Below are positions 31,685 through 41,195 of a stretch of DNA of 64,000 nucleotides, one piece after another. The translations under genes were made by a program, and so were the position numbers. Within the stretch, counting starts at the first letter, position 1. Each line of letters begins with the position of its first letter. The stretch covers positions 2,349-66,348 of the forward strand of contig CAWCRQ010000143.1 in NCBI GenBank assembly GCA_963797885.1. Direction: 5' to 3'. Below the pieces are notes generated by a model. It was not told where the DNA came from, ran no database searches, and worked only from the letters and a program-made list of their open reading frames with translations. The stretch comes from an uncultured Acidobacteriaceae bacterium (GTDB taxonomy: Bacteria; Acidobacteriota; Terriglobia; Terriglobales; Acidobacteriaceae).

Positions 31685-32072
31685 TTTGATTCGCCGGTTT
31701 CAGTCGTCGAGGAGTTCGAATTGAAAGCGCTCTAGGGAGTAGCCAATCACGTTCGCGGATGCGAACTAAAGAACCGACCGGATATTCTCCGACTTATCCG
31801 GTGACCATTGCTGAACTCTATTTCGATGAACTAAAAACTATAGCACCGTAGAGATCATCAATTCGCTTGCGACAGTTGGCAGCAATGGGAACGGGAACCA
31901 CCGAAGAAAATGTCGTCGCCATCGACACTTTCCGCAACTCGGCATTTCCCCCAAGCTGCAATGCCTCCGAACAGCCAATCCCCGTCACCGAGCAATATGT
32001 TGACGGTGATCCCAGTCTGTCACTGAGCAACGAGAAGTCATCGATTTACAATCTTTTGCCGAGGGGGTAACA

Positions 32073-32393
32073 ATGGCAAATCTAACGGGATTAGTTGGCT
32101 TTGTATCAGAATTGAAGACGGTGAGAACGAATTTGGTGAGTGAGCTTCGGCATGTTGATGCGGCTCTTTCGGTGCTTGGCAAGTTGGGCGGCGGGAGCAA
32201 TCACGCGAAACCGGGGCGTAGGGTGTCAGCATCGGCTCGCAAGCGCATGAGCCTCGCGCAGAAAGCGCGATGGGCGAAGACGAAGAGTCGAGCGCCGAAA
32301 CCCAAGCGCACGATATCCGCCGCTGGTCGAAAAAGAATTGCAGCCGCTCAGCGGGCAAGGTGGACGAAGTTGAAGGCGGGAAAGAAGAAGTAG
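32073..32393 (+). CDS. Small highly basic protein with a duplicated RKR..AQ.ARW motif
   Basis: GAGGGGG lies ~6 nt before the ATG. The N-terminal helix is LVGFVSELKTVRTNLVSELRHVDAALSVLGKL. Two repeats follow: SASARKRMSLAQKARWAKTK and SAAGRKRIAAAQRARWTKLK. Confidence 0.55.
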   Translation: MANLTGLVGFVSELKTVRTNLVSELRHVDAALSVLGKLGGGSNHAKPGRRVSASARKRMSLAQKARWAKTKSRAPKPKRTISAAGRKRIAAAQRARWTKLKAGKKK

Positions 32394-32620
32394 GCTGCGT
32401 AGAGGCAACAACTCGAAAGAGGGATTGTCGTTATGATGTTTTCAACAAGCTTTCGGTTTTCCCCAAGCCGAGCTGGAGTGTGTTTGAACCTCACAGCTTG
32501 TCGTGCGTTGAGTCACTGATTTTCATCCGTGACGGCATAGTCTGGAATTGATTAATGATTGATCCGCACGCAATCCCCTCCGGGCGGGTCGCCCCAATCA
32601 AAAAGCAAAGGAGATTCATC

Positions 32621-32944
32621 ATGTTTGGCCGCATCGTTGAATTTACTCCCAAGCCGGAAATGAAAAAAGAGATCGTGAACGTTCTCCGCAAAGAGGTTTT
32701 GCCGATCCTAAAGAAACAGCAGGGATTTATGGAGTTCCTGCCCTTCGTGCCGGAGACCAAAACGGAAAAGTGGATCACCGTCACTCTTTGGGCCGAGAAG
32801 CGGGATGCAGACCGCTGGGAGCGCGAAGGGTATCCCCATGTGGAAGGAATCCTCAAACTCTATCTGGTCGCCCCCGCCATCTGCAATTACTACAACTTGG
32901 AAACCTCCCTTTGCACGCACTTAGTAGAAGCCCTGACGGCCTGA
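32621..32944 (+). CDS. Small ferredoxin-fold (ABM/Dabb-like) protein
   Basis: AAAGGAG RBS precedes ATG 32621. MFGRIVEFTPKPEMKKEIVNVLRKEVLPILKKQQGFMEF..ITVTLWAEKRDADRW is a typical ABM-monooxygenase-like pattern. Confidence 0.5.
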   Translation: MFGRIVEFTPKPEMKKEIVNVLRKEVLPILKKQQGFMEFLPFVPETKTEKWITVTLWAEKRDADRWEREGYPHVEGILKLYLVAPAICNYYNLETSLCTHLVEALTA

Positions 32945-33415
32945 GGTCTGACACGAGCGGCAGGAATTCGCCGCTTGTTTTGCTCGCGACCAATGACGCG
33001 AGTATTCTTTTCGGTTCCCCGATAGTCATCGAACTGGTTTCCAGCACGGCGAGTTCGCTGTGAGCAGCGTACATCAATATGTGATTGCTGTCACTGACAG
33101 GACGCGCTCATTCATCTAGACATTAGAACTATTCGCGCCTCACCGAAGAGCAGTTCCCAACCCGGTGTGCACACCCCCTGAGGCGAGAGCTTTTTGGGCC
33201 TAGGAGATCGAGGCCGGAACTCTCGTAGCTGAAACGAATCGACTTCGACCATGGCCCCCTGCTTCCGTCCGTGAAGGAGGTTTGCTATGACGCGCAATCC
33301 CACTCTTAATTATTCTCTCGGTGTTGTTGCGGCTTCGGTTGCTTCTGCCGCAATTCTGGCTCTCTTGATCGCAGCCGCCTTGAAATTGGGGTAACTGCAA
33401 GCGCAAACAAAGGGG

Positions 33416-33709
33416 GTGGCGACGATGACCACTTACGGTGAATGGATAAAGAAGTCTGCGCGTATCGGCGCATCACTCGGCGGTGTCGCCGGGTTTTTCT
33501 ATGGAGCCTACATAATGGCGACCAACCTCACTCTCGGCTGGACAGATGTATTGGACACAGTGGGGTCGGTTGCCGCTACGCTTATATTCGCGGTCATATT
33601 AGGTAGCCTTTGTATCGCAGTTGGTGCGCTGGCAGGACTGGTCTTGGGCGTCGTTGCGTCTCCGCTTAGCGCACTCCACTTTCGGAGGTCTCGATACTTC
33701 TCCGGATAG
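33416..33709 (+). CDS. Small membrane protein
   Basis: Two or three hydrophobic helices (GGVAGFFYGAYIM, VAATLIFAVILGSLCIAVGALAGLVLGVV). AAGGGGG lies upstream. Confidence 0.4.
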   Translation: MATMTTYGEWIKKSARIGASLGGVAGFFYGAYIMATNLTLGWTDVLDTVGSVAATLIFAVILGSLCIAVGALAGLVLGVVASPLSALHFRRSRYFSG

Positions 33710-34517
33710 ATCGCCCATTTCACGTCCTCAAGGAAGCCAAGGCGGGGGACGCGAAGCGGCAAGAGTCCGCTCCGACCGACGCGACGGCGTAAGGTCGCCG
33801 TGCTGATTGCGATGACATGGGCATGCAAAACGACCCAGAGCAGGTTCTCTCTGGGTCGATTAGGGAATCAGGTAGCCAATGTCTGCAACTACAATTCTGC
33901 TCGAAGTTCACAAACTCAACGACGTGAGCGATCACCTCCGCTCTCTAGCGGGGCAACATCCTGTCGTCTCGGAAGGGCTCCTCGCCATCTCGTCACACGT
34001 TCGCAACAGCGCCACTATATTGGAAGAGTTGTCCACGACGAAAATGTCGCACGCAGCAATGGAAGACCACGCTATCGGATCTGGAGAAGACTTACGATGT
34101 CACTCTGGAAGGCTTTGGTGACGCTCTGTCCCTGACCATAGCATATAAGCTACTTGCCTTATGGCGAATCGCCAAAGAATATGTCTGTCGTGGTTTTACT
34201 GGGAACACCAGCTTTCCACGCCGTGGCAAATCCTTAGGATTTCCAGAAGTTCATCAGGAACCTCGATGGTGCGTTCCTCCGTTCCTCCCATGTCTTCGGC
34301 TGCCAGTCTGGTTCAAATTTCCGGGGAACTTGCTTAGGTCTACGACCGAGGCGTCCCACTCCTCGCGCACCCTTGTGCAGATATCCTGCTCGCGGAGCTT
34401 GCCTAGTGTTCAAAGTTTGAACTTTCAAACTTTCCCCATCGCGGGGTCAAGCGCGGTCATTCGGGCGTACTTGGCAGTGAAATGTTGGACAGCCTCGTTC
34501 GGGTGAAATCTCTTGAG

Positions 34518-34811
34518 CTAGGAATAGGAAGCCCGTACACTCTCCAGCGATGTGTGGTCGTGAGCCGTCGAGCCGTCACCATGGACAACGTGCCCTGTCC
34601 ATCCGCACTGCTCGAATCTTTTTAATCGTGCGCCTATGAACTCTTTGACTGTGAGGTTGTTCTTCGCTCGACGCTTGAAGTTGTAGTGGCCTACATGAAG
34701 TTCAGCTCCCCTCACAGCCCGGCCGCTCTCGATCTTCACTAGCCGGACTTGGAAGCCTTCAAAATACCAAATCTTCATTTCGACTTTCTTCAGAAGCAGC
34801 TGTCCTTTCAT
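34518..34811 (-). CDS. Hypothetical protein (97 aa), downstream member of an overlapping gene pair
   Basis: Its start overlaps the stop of 34808-35122 (ATGA). No homology recognised. Confidence 0.35.
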   Translation of the reverse strand: MKGQLLLKKVEMKIWYFEGFQVRLVKIESGRAVRGAELHVGHYNFKRRAKNNLTVKEFIGARLKRFEQCGWTGHVVHGDGSTAHDHTSLESVRASYS

Positions 34812-35122
34812 CTTGCGCCCGTCAACTCGCTGCGGCGCGTGCTTTCTTGTACCCCGCGCTGAGCCTTGTGTTTGAGCAACAAATGCAAGATCGCCAGCGA
34901 GCGTTCAATTTTCCGCTTCTCTTCCCCTGAACCGTTGCTATCCCCTGCCAATTCTCGCAGCCTCCCCTGAATAGCTTTCTCGGCAAGCCCGATCCAATCA
35001 AGCACCTTGTCGTTGTCTAGCTCCAAGACAGCAGCCCGATAGAGTTGCGACCAATCCACGTGGGTTTGCACTTGATTCATAAGCATCCCAATTCTTTTTC
35101 CTTGAAAAACGAAGCGCAACAT
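34808..35122 (-). CDS. Hypothetical protein (104 aa), upstream member of an overlapping gene pair
   Basis: Helical composition (..LYRAAVLELDNDKVLDWIGLAEKAIQGRLRELA..). No homology recognised. Confidence 0.35.
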   Translation of the reverse strand: MLRFVFQGKRIGMLMNQVQTHVDWSQLYRAAVLELDNDKVLDWIGLAEKAIQGRLRELAGDSNGSGEEKRKIERSLAILHLLLKHKAQRGVQESTRRSELTGAR

Positions 35123-35197
35123 GACTTCCCGTTACGCCTGACCTGCCGCCCTAATTAACCCCCGACCCTCCCGTGGTACGAACAGGCACTTTGGGGA

Positions 35198-35353
35198 TCA
35201 TTCTCTCGGCCGGATTATTCCGCCTGCGAGGAGCGTCTCGCATTCTTTGGGCGGGAGGTCGAGCAGTATCTTGTTGTGGAGATGGTTTCCGTCACCGTCG
35301 TTGAGGGATGAATTCAGGGCGAATTTTGTAGGTGGAGGTCGGTTGTTGGCCAT
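35198..35353 (-). pseudogene. Possible N-terminal remnant of a Crp/Fnr-type cNMP-binding regulator
   Basis: MANNRPPP..NKILLDLPPKECETLLAGG.. resembles the start of acidobacterial cNMP-binding-domain proteins, but it stops after ~50 codons. Confidence 0.25.
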
Positions 35354-35676
35354 AAACGGCTCCTTGAACAACGGGGGATGCCATCTGATTTTGCAAGGAA
35401 CCGTCACCCGACTGGGCGCGGCGGAAGGATGCTAGAGGAGACATCTCAAGGCTACTCCTTTTCCCTCCCCGTGTGTTGGAAATAAAAACACGCCTTCAGG
35501 CTGTGCGAGACGGGTTCTCCATCACTGGAAATCCTAAGTTCTAGATTCGCAATTCACCAGCAGATCGGCTCGAATGTTTAGCTGAATCGAGCCCCAAGTT
35601 CAGTCATCGAAAAGACGCCCCAGTTCTTCCTATTTAGTGTGCCGTCGGCCAACGCAAAATCTGTTTCACCAGCAGG

Positions 35677-35705
35677 TTGACAATAGGGGCGCACAAGCCT
35701 AGCAT
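35677..35705 (+). promoter_or_regulatory. Sigma-70-type promoter of hsp20
   Basis: TTGACA, 17 nt spacer, TAGCAT, about 105 nt upstream of the hsp20 ATG. Confidence 0.5.
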
Positions 35706-35711
35706 CGGGTT

Positions 35712-35802
35712 GAGCAAGCCATCTCTTCTTGCTCGTTCAGGTCCTCTGAACTAAGTCAGTCCATCTGAAGTTTTTCCTCTTAGCGCCCCTCTGAAGGAGG
35801 AA
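35712..35802 (+). promoter_or_regulatory. Candidate RNA thermometer (ROSE-like multi-hairpin 5' UTR)
   Basis: Consecutive hairpins: GAGCAAG..CTTGCTC (35712-35734), GTTCAG-gtcct-CTGAAC (35735-35751), and TTCCTCTT (35774-35781) pairing with the SD AAGGAGGAA (35794-35802). Confidence 0.45.
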
Positions 35803-35809
35803 TTGCGTC

Positions 35810-36319
35810 ATGACACTATTGACCCGTTGGGAGCCTTTCCGCGAGTTTTCCACCATGCAGGACCGCATGAACTGCTTGAACCGTCTTTTCCGTGAGGCGT
35901 ACAAGCCCGAAGGCCCGGAAGAGGCGTTGACGACCACCAGCTTTGCACCGCCCGTGGACATCTACGAAGACGAGCACAACATTACTCTGAAGCTTGAAGT
36001 TCCGGGCATCGAAGAAAAAGACATTGATGTCCGCATCGAGAACACCACCCTCACCGTCCATGGCGAGCGCAAGATCGAGAAGGAAGAGAAAGAAGAGAAC
36101 TTCCGTCGCGTGGAGCGGCAGTACGGAAGCTTTACACGTTCGTTCACGCTGCCCAGTTCCGTCGATCCGGAGCAGGTGAGCGCCCACTATGACAAGGGCG
36201 TGTTGAAGATCAACCTCGCCAAAAAGGCCGAAGCCAAGCCGAAGCAGATCAAGGTAAACGTCGGCAACCAGAAGACGCTGGAAGGCAAAGAGCCGAAGCG
36301 CGTCGGCAAGGCCGCGTAA
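35810..36319 (+). CDS. Hsp20/alpha-crystallin family small heat-shock protein
   Basis: ..FAPPVDIYEDEHNITLKLEVPGIEEKDIDVRIENTTLTVHGERK..FRRVERQYGSFTRSFTLPSSVD..AHYDKGVLKINL is a canonical ACD. Confidence 0.92.
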   Translation: MTLLTRWEPFREFSTMQDRMNCLNRLFREAYKPEGPEEALTTTSFAPPVDIYEDEHNITLKLEVPGIEEKDIDVRIENTTLTVHGERKIEKEEKEENFRRVERQYGSFTRSFTLPSSVDPEQVSAHYDKGVLKINLAKKAEAKPKQIKVNVGNQKTLEGKEPKRVGKAA

Positions 36320-36342
36320 GACCAGTAGTCAGTGAAAGAAAT

Positions 36343-36376
36343 GGGAGGCGGCCTATATCGCCTCCCCATTTTGTTT
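36343..36376 (+). terminator. Rho-independent terminator after hsp20
   Basis: GGGAGGCG-gcctatat-CGCCTCCC followed by CATTTTGTTTG. Confidence 0.7.
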
Positions 36377-36416
36377 GTCGTTCCGAGCGGTTACGGCTCC
36401 GGACGCGGAGGTTCCA

Positions 36417-37508
36417 ATGTCAAACATGCGCAAGGATATCTTCACTGACCGCTGGGTAATCGTGGCGGACGGCGACGGGTTGCAGCCGACCGACTTTCAT
36501 TTCAAGAAATTCGCAAAGGACACGGGCTTCTGCCCATTCTGCGAGAGCCATGAGTCCGCAACGCCCAAGGAAGTCTTCGCCATCCGTAATCGCACATCTT
36601 CGCCTAACGGGCCGGGGTGGTCAGTAAGAGTGGTGCCAAACTCCCGACCGCGCTTGAGGATCGAAGGCGAACTGGCACGACGGGCCGAAGCGTTGCACGA
36701 CCTAATGAACGGAGTGGGGGCACACGAAATCATCGTGGAGACAGCGCGGCACGACCGAAGCCTGCATGAGTTAGAAATCGAGGAAATCTCCGACATTATC
36801 AAAGCTTATGTAGCTCGCATTAATGATCTTGAGGGAGATAAGCGTGTGCGCTACGTTTTGATCTTCAAGAATCACGGTGAGGGAGCCGGGGCTCACACCA
36901 TTAGTCATTCCATCTCGCAGTTGGTCGCACTCCCGATAACGCCACGTGCAGTGAAGACGAAACTCATGATTGCTCGTGACTACTTTGCCTTAAAGGAACG
37001 CTGCATCTACTGCGACGTGCTCCAACAGGAGTTAAAGGGCCGGAAGCGATTGATCGGTGAAAATGAGGATTTTGTGGCGTTTGCTCCGTTCGCGTCACGC
37101 TTTCCGTTCGAGATGTGCGTCTTGCCGAAGTTTCACAGCAGCGCATTCAGCCGAATCGAGACAACTCAAAGCAAGAATTTAGCTCTGATCCTGCGTGACG
37201 TGTTGCAGAAGTTGGATCAAAAGGTAGGCGGGCCGCCCTACAACCTGTCGCTGCACGACCGACCGTTTCTGCGTCCTAGAGGGGACTACTGGAACACAAT
37301 CGAGGAGGACTTCCATTGGCATATAGAAATCCTGCCCCACGTGTCTCGTATTACTGGATTCGAGTGGGCCTCGGGATTCTTCTACAACCCCTTGCCGCCG
37401 GAAGTCGCCGCCCGCTGCCTCTCGGCGGATGCTCCGTCCGATCTTCCTACCGAAGCCGACCTGCCACTTGAACCCTTGGAGGCTCCCCTGTCAGAGGTCG
37501 TAACATGA
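36417..37508 (+). CDS. Galactose-1-phosphate uridylyltransferase / ADP-glucose phosphorylase-like HIT-superfamily protein
   Basis: Zn-site GFCPFCESHE, ..HEIIVETARHD.., FKNHGEGAGAHTISHSISQLVALP, ..CIYCD..FVAFAPFASRFPFEMCVLPK.. GGAGG RBS lies 5 nt before the ATG. Confidence 0.8.
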   Translation: MSNMRKDIFTDRWVIVADGDGLQPTDFHFKKFAKDTGFCPFCESHESATPKEVFAIRNRTSSPNGPGWSVRVVPNSRPRLRIEGELARRAEALHDLMNGVGAHEIIVETARHDRSLHELEIEEISDIIKAYVARINDLEGDKRVRYVLIFKNHGEGAGAHTISHSISQLVALPITPRAVKTKLMIARDYFALKERCIYCDVLQQELKGRKRLIGENEDFVAFAPFASRFPFEMCVLPKFHSSAFSRIETTQSKNLALILRDVLQKLDQKVGGPPYNLSLHDRPFLRPRGDYWNTIEEDFHWHIEILPHVSRITGFEWASGFFYNPLPPEVAARCLSADAPSDLPTEADLPLEPLEAPLSEVVT

Positions 37509-37645
37509 CGTGAAGCAGCATGCGGCCCACTGTCGTTCGTTTCCGGTGATGTCCATTAGTCCTTACCCAGCCGGGAGGCTAGTACAATTCTAGGACAATT
37601 CAGGCAAGAAATCAAAAACTGGCAGGTTTTATGCGGGCAAAAGAA

Positions 37646-37690
<45 letters not shown>

Positions 37691-38039
37691 GGGAAATTCC
37701 CGCCCAATTCCGAACAACTCCACCCAACTAAGTCCAACCAAACATTTGAAAAGTGCCGCCGCGTCCTTGCCTCACTTTGGCTACGGCTGGCCGCAGTTCA
37801 CGGACAGAAAGCGGACAACTCGGTCAGGGCGTGAGAGTCATCATCAATGATCACTTCGAGGTGGTAATCGTGATCGAGGTTGTGGACCGCGCATAGTTTC
37901 CGGCTTGCCAACAAACCGTCCCGAATCCTGGTCATCACTTCCCACAAGCCCCTTTCTGGATAGCTTCCGGTTGGCCGACAACACACCCGGAATCGTCGCA
38001 TCCTCTCCGACGGGCTGCGCACGCTATAATTGCCGCCAC

Positions 38040-38370
38040 GGATGGCACTCACCTTTGGCACGAAGCTTGGCCCACCAAATTCTCTCGCCGCTTGGGGCGA
38101 GCGGCATGGGCGTGGTCTACAAAGCCGAAGACACCCGCCTGCAGCGCTTTGTCGCCCTGAAGTTCTTGCCGGAAGAACTCGCCCGCGACCCGCAAGCGCT
38201 AGCCCGTTTCCAGCGCGAGGCCCAGGCCGCTTCCGCTTTGAACCACCCCAATATCTGCACGATCTACGACATCGGCGAGCAGGATGGCAAGGCGTTCATT
38301 GCCATGGAGTTTCTGGACGGCGCCACGCTGAAGCATCGCATCGCCGGCAAGCCGCGGGACAACGACGTAT
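38040..38370 (+). pseudogene. N-terminal fragment of a Ser/Thr protein kinase (frameshifted, truncated)
   Basis: [11 protein letters not shown], then a frame change to ..[68 protein letters not shown] (kinase subdomains I-V only). Confidence 0.7.
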
Positions 38371-38938
38371 TGCTCACGAGCTTCAACTTAGTAATGTCGC
38401 ACACACAGCCGAACACATCACGAACCTCGTGCTCAGGCCTTCGCCAGAATTGGTCAAGAGCCGCACGAGCGTGAAAGTGCTGCTGAAGGACATTGTCCGC
38501 GAAAATCTTCGCGCATGCCGAGCACGCCAGGGATTCCATCTGCCGTGCACGCCAATAAGCAATGTCCTCTCGGTCGGCGACAGCGTATTTCGTCAGCGAA
38601 CGATCCCATTCATGCACGTGCTCTACGTCGCACCGCATCCTGTATGCCTCCTCAAGGGCCTGCCGAGCTGTATCTTTTTCGGTGCTGGGAGCGGCAAACA
38701 ACGAGCAGCGATGCACAAACTGCTTCTCGGTTTTGGCTATTTCTGGATAGATCAGAGCCTCAAGTGCGCGCACAAAACCGCGGATTCGGTCGCTTGCGTA
38801 AAACTGCTGAAGAGCAGTTGTGAGTGCCCACCAACCCCGAAAAATGCGGACTTTTCGTGCGTCCTGAGAGCTAGCTAACAGCGACGCTTTCGCTTGTGCG
38901 AGATCAGCGGCGGTGGCAAGGTGTTCTTCACGTACCAT
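38264..38938 (-). CDS. Hypothetical protein lying between two kinase remnants (contains an Rx4H motif)
   Basis: 224-aa ORF, helical. ..[19 protein letters not shown].. Its 3' ~100 nt overlap the kinase fragment, so the true stop is uncertain. Confidence 0.45.
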   Translation of the reverse strand: MVREEHLATAADLAQAKASLLASSQDARKVRIFRGWWALTTALQQFYASDRIRGFVRALEALIYPEIAKTEKQFVHRCSLFAAPSTEKDTARQALEEAYRMRCDVEHVHEWDRSLTKYAVADREDIAYWRARQMESLACSACAKIFADNVLQQHFHARAALDQFWRRPEHEVRDVFGCVCDITKLKLVSNTSLSRGLPAMRCFSVAPSRNSMAMNALPSCSPMS

Positions 38939-39021
38939 CCAGGGAAGGCAACCTCGTGTGATTTCGTAACGCCCTAACTTACTGAAATGCTGGCATACGG
39001 GTTTGTCCTAATCGCCCAAAC

Positions 39022-39140
39022 ATGGAATTGTTGGAGGGGCAGACGCTCCGGCATTGGATCAACGGCAAGCCGCTGGAGATCGAAACCGTGCTCGATCTTG
39101 GCATCTAGATCGCCCAGGCGCTGGATGCCGCACATTCGAA
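39022..39140 (+). pseudogene. Second Ser/Thr kinase fragment (subdomain V-VIa region, in-frame stop)
   Basis: [40 protein letters not shown], after which similarity is lost. Confidence 0.5.
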
Positions 39141-39283
39141 GGGTACTGCGTGCGGTCAATCTGCCCGGCGAGTCTGCTCTGCTGCGCGCTCTTCGCGCGA
39201 AGTGCGTCAATAACTCCAGGTTTCATGACCCAGCGGGGCACGATTCAACTCAAGCATTTACGGGTTTTAACGCTTGAATCCGC

Positions 39284-39835
39284 TTACTTCGCAATCCGTC
39301 CGCCCCGCCGACTCGTGATCGGCGCCGTGTCGTGGTCTTCGAATGCCGTTTGTCTCTCTTCGATCGGAGCGTGCTCCAGTTTCTCCAGCAGCCGGACACA
39401 CCGGTTCCAGCGCAGCATGGCGTCGTCGTTGTGTGGTGGACGGATCTTCTCGGCTTTCTCGAAGCAGCGCATCGCTTCATGCAGGGAACCAACCAGGATA
39501 TGTGCCGTTACCCCTGACTTCACCTGAGCCTTGGCCCGCCGCTCGAGCAGAAGCCCCATGTAGTAGTGGAGTTCATACGGATTCGTCAGGCTCTGGAAGA
39601 TCTTTTCCGCCTCGCCATAGCGATCTGAGTGCCGGCCCTCGAACTGGTCGGTCAGCGTCAATCCCAACAATCGAAGTGCCAGTTGGTTCTCCGGATCGGC
39701 CGCCAGGATGTCGCGGCAGATGGACTCGGCTTCCTCCGGTTCGTTCAGGTAGCGATGCACCTCGACCTTGGAAATGGCTTCCGGAATACCGTCCTTTGAA
39801 ATGGTCTTTAATCTGAGTCCCACATTGCCCTCCAT
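39284..39835 (-). CDS. Hypothetical helical-repeat (TPR-like) protein
   Basis: 183-aa ORF. ..EAESICRDILAADPENQLALRLLGLTLTD.. and later helices suggest a TPR-like fold. Confidence 0.5.
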   Translation of the reverse strand: MEGNVGLRLKTISKDGIPEAISKVEVHRYLNEPEEAESICRDILAADPENQLALRLLGLTLTDQFEGRHSDRYGEAEKIFQSLTNPYELHYYMGLLLERRAKAQVKSGVTAHILVGSLHEAMRCFEKAEKIRPPHNDDAMLRWNRCVRLLEKLEHAPIEERQTAFEDHDTAPITSRRGGRIAK

Positions 39836-39885
39836 GAAGCGGAATTTCTAAGCTGTTGAACTCCAAGTATTCGAACACATGTAGT

Positions 39886-40300
39886 CTAGTTCAAAATCAT
39901 CTTGCCCAGGATCTCCTTGAGCAGCTTGGCGGCAACCGTCGCGGTGATTTGCGTGTTGTCTTGCGCGGGATTGTATTCCACGATGTCGGCGCCGACGATT
40001 TTACCGGTGATGGCATGCAGGTGCGCGATCGCTTCTCTGACCGACATGCCTCCGGGCTCGCGGCGAGAAATGCCGGGGGCGAACGCGGGATCCAGCGATT
40101 TCGCCGTGATCGGCGGCACAGCGCTTGCCGTCAGCTTCTCCCAGATTCGAGAGCACAGGAAGCCGACCGGGTTCACAAAACAGTGAGGCTCGTTGCCCCG
40201 TGCCAAACGTCCCCGACCCTGCCTGCAACGTGCCGCAGTGTTCAGAAGACATCTCTCCGGCTGCATCTGCCCGTCGCTGATCCAAAGTGATGGGGAATGC
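39886..40300 (-). pseudogene. C-terminal remnant of an arginase/agmatinase/formiminoglutamase-family gene
   Basis: ..SLDPAFAPGISRREPGGMSVREAIAHLHAITGKIVGADIVEYNPAQDNTQITATVAAKLLKEIL matches the ureohydrolase C-terminus. The upstream part degenerates and the N-terminal Mn-binding motifs are absent. Confidence 0.55.
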
Positions 40301-40384
40301 CAACGAACATTTGCATTCACGCCACGGGTGCAAACCCACAGGTAGTATAGTAACGGTCCGATTTTTTCAAGACATGGAGCATCA

Positions 40385-40939
40385 ATGAAAGCAAGGCTGA
40401 GATGGAGTTTCACAATCACTATATGCACACTGCTCGCGGTAAACATCGCAGCATCTCAGGAGACATTTAAACAAGACAGCAGCGCAACTGTAACGATCGT
40501 CACAGCAGGTGATATCTCGGTCACCAGAGCGGCGGACGGCAAGACCGCAGTGTTAATCAACTTCAATCCAGGCAAACCGAAATCAGCCGACACCCGAATT
40601 ACGATTTCAGGACCGTATTCCTTAGATGTGAACGGAGGCGTGAAGGAGGTAAAAGGCTCCCAGGGGGTCGAACTTCACGTGCTGAGTCATGAAGAATTGC
40701 GATTTGAAGCTCCGGAAATCGGTTTGTGGGAACAATCACACAAATTCTCCCAATCCTCTGCATGCAGCAAGATCCCCAAGTTCCCAGGATGTGGCAATCC
40801 AGTTTGTGACCAACCTGACCACCCGGGGGATCAGTGCCGGTATAACAGTGACTCCGGCTGCTCGTGCGTGGCCCCTAGCGGCGGTCCATGCTCGGAGACG
40901 GCGAACCCTCCGCGAGAGAGGAAATCAAACCAAAACTGA
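40385..40939 (+). CDS. Secreted hypothetical protein with Cys-rich C-terminus
   Basis: Signal peptide MKARLRWSFTITICTLLAVNIAASQ. The C-terminal ~60 aa contain 9 Cys. Confidence 0.5.
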   Translation: MKARLRWSFTITICTLLAVNIAASQETFKQDSSATVTIVTAGDISVTRAADGKTAVLINFNPGKPKSADTRITISGPYSLDVNGGVKEVKGSQGVELHVLSHEELRFEAPEIGLWEQSHKFSQSSACSKIPKFPGCGNPVCDQPDHPGDQCRYNSDSGCSCVAPSGGPCSETANPPRERKSNQN

Positions 40940-41195
40940 GTTTGCGAAGGAGCTGATGTAGATTATCCAGCCCGCGTTCAGAAAAGGTTTCTCCATCCTC
41001 GTCGGCAAGTCGCTAATTCTGAGTAGCGGGATTGGGCGGAAAAACTCGTCAACTAACAACCTGATTTTCGAACGCTACCCACTCGGCGAACTCACAATGA
41101 GTGTAATTGATTCCATGACAATGTCGGCTCCCATTCCCGGGTAAAGTTGGTGGTGCTGAAGCCAACCAACGGGCTCGGGAGAAAGGAGCCGAACG

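Noticed and set aside
37798-38061. 87-aa minus-strand ORF next to the left tRNA-Asn repeat
   Set aside because: No RBS or recognisable motif. It overlaps the start of the kinase fragment on the other strand, so support is insufficient.
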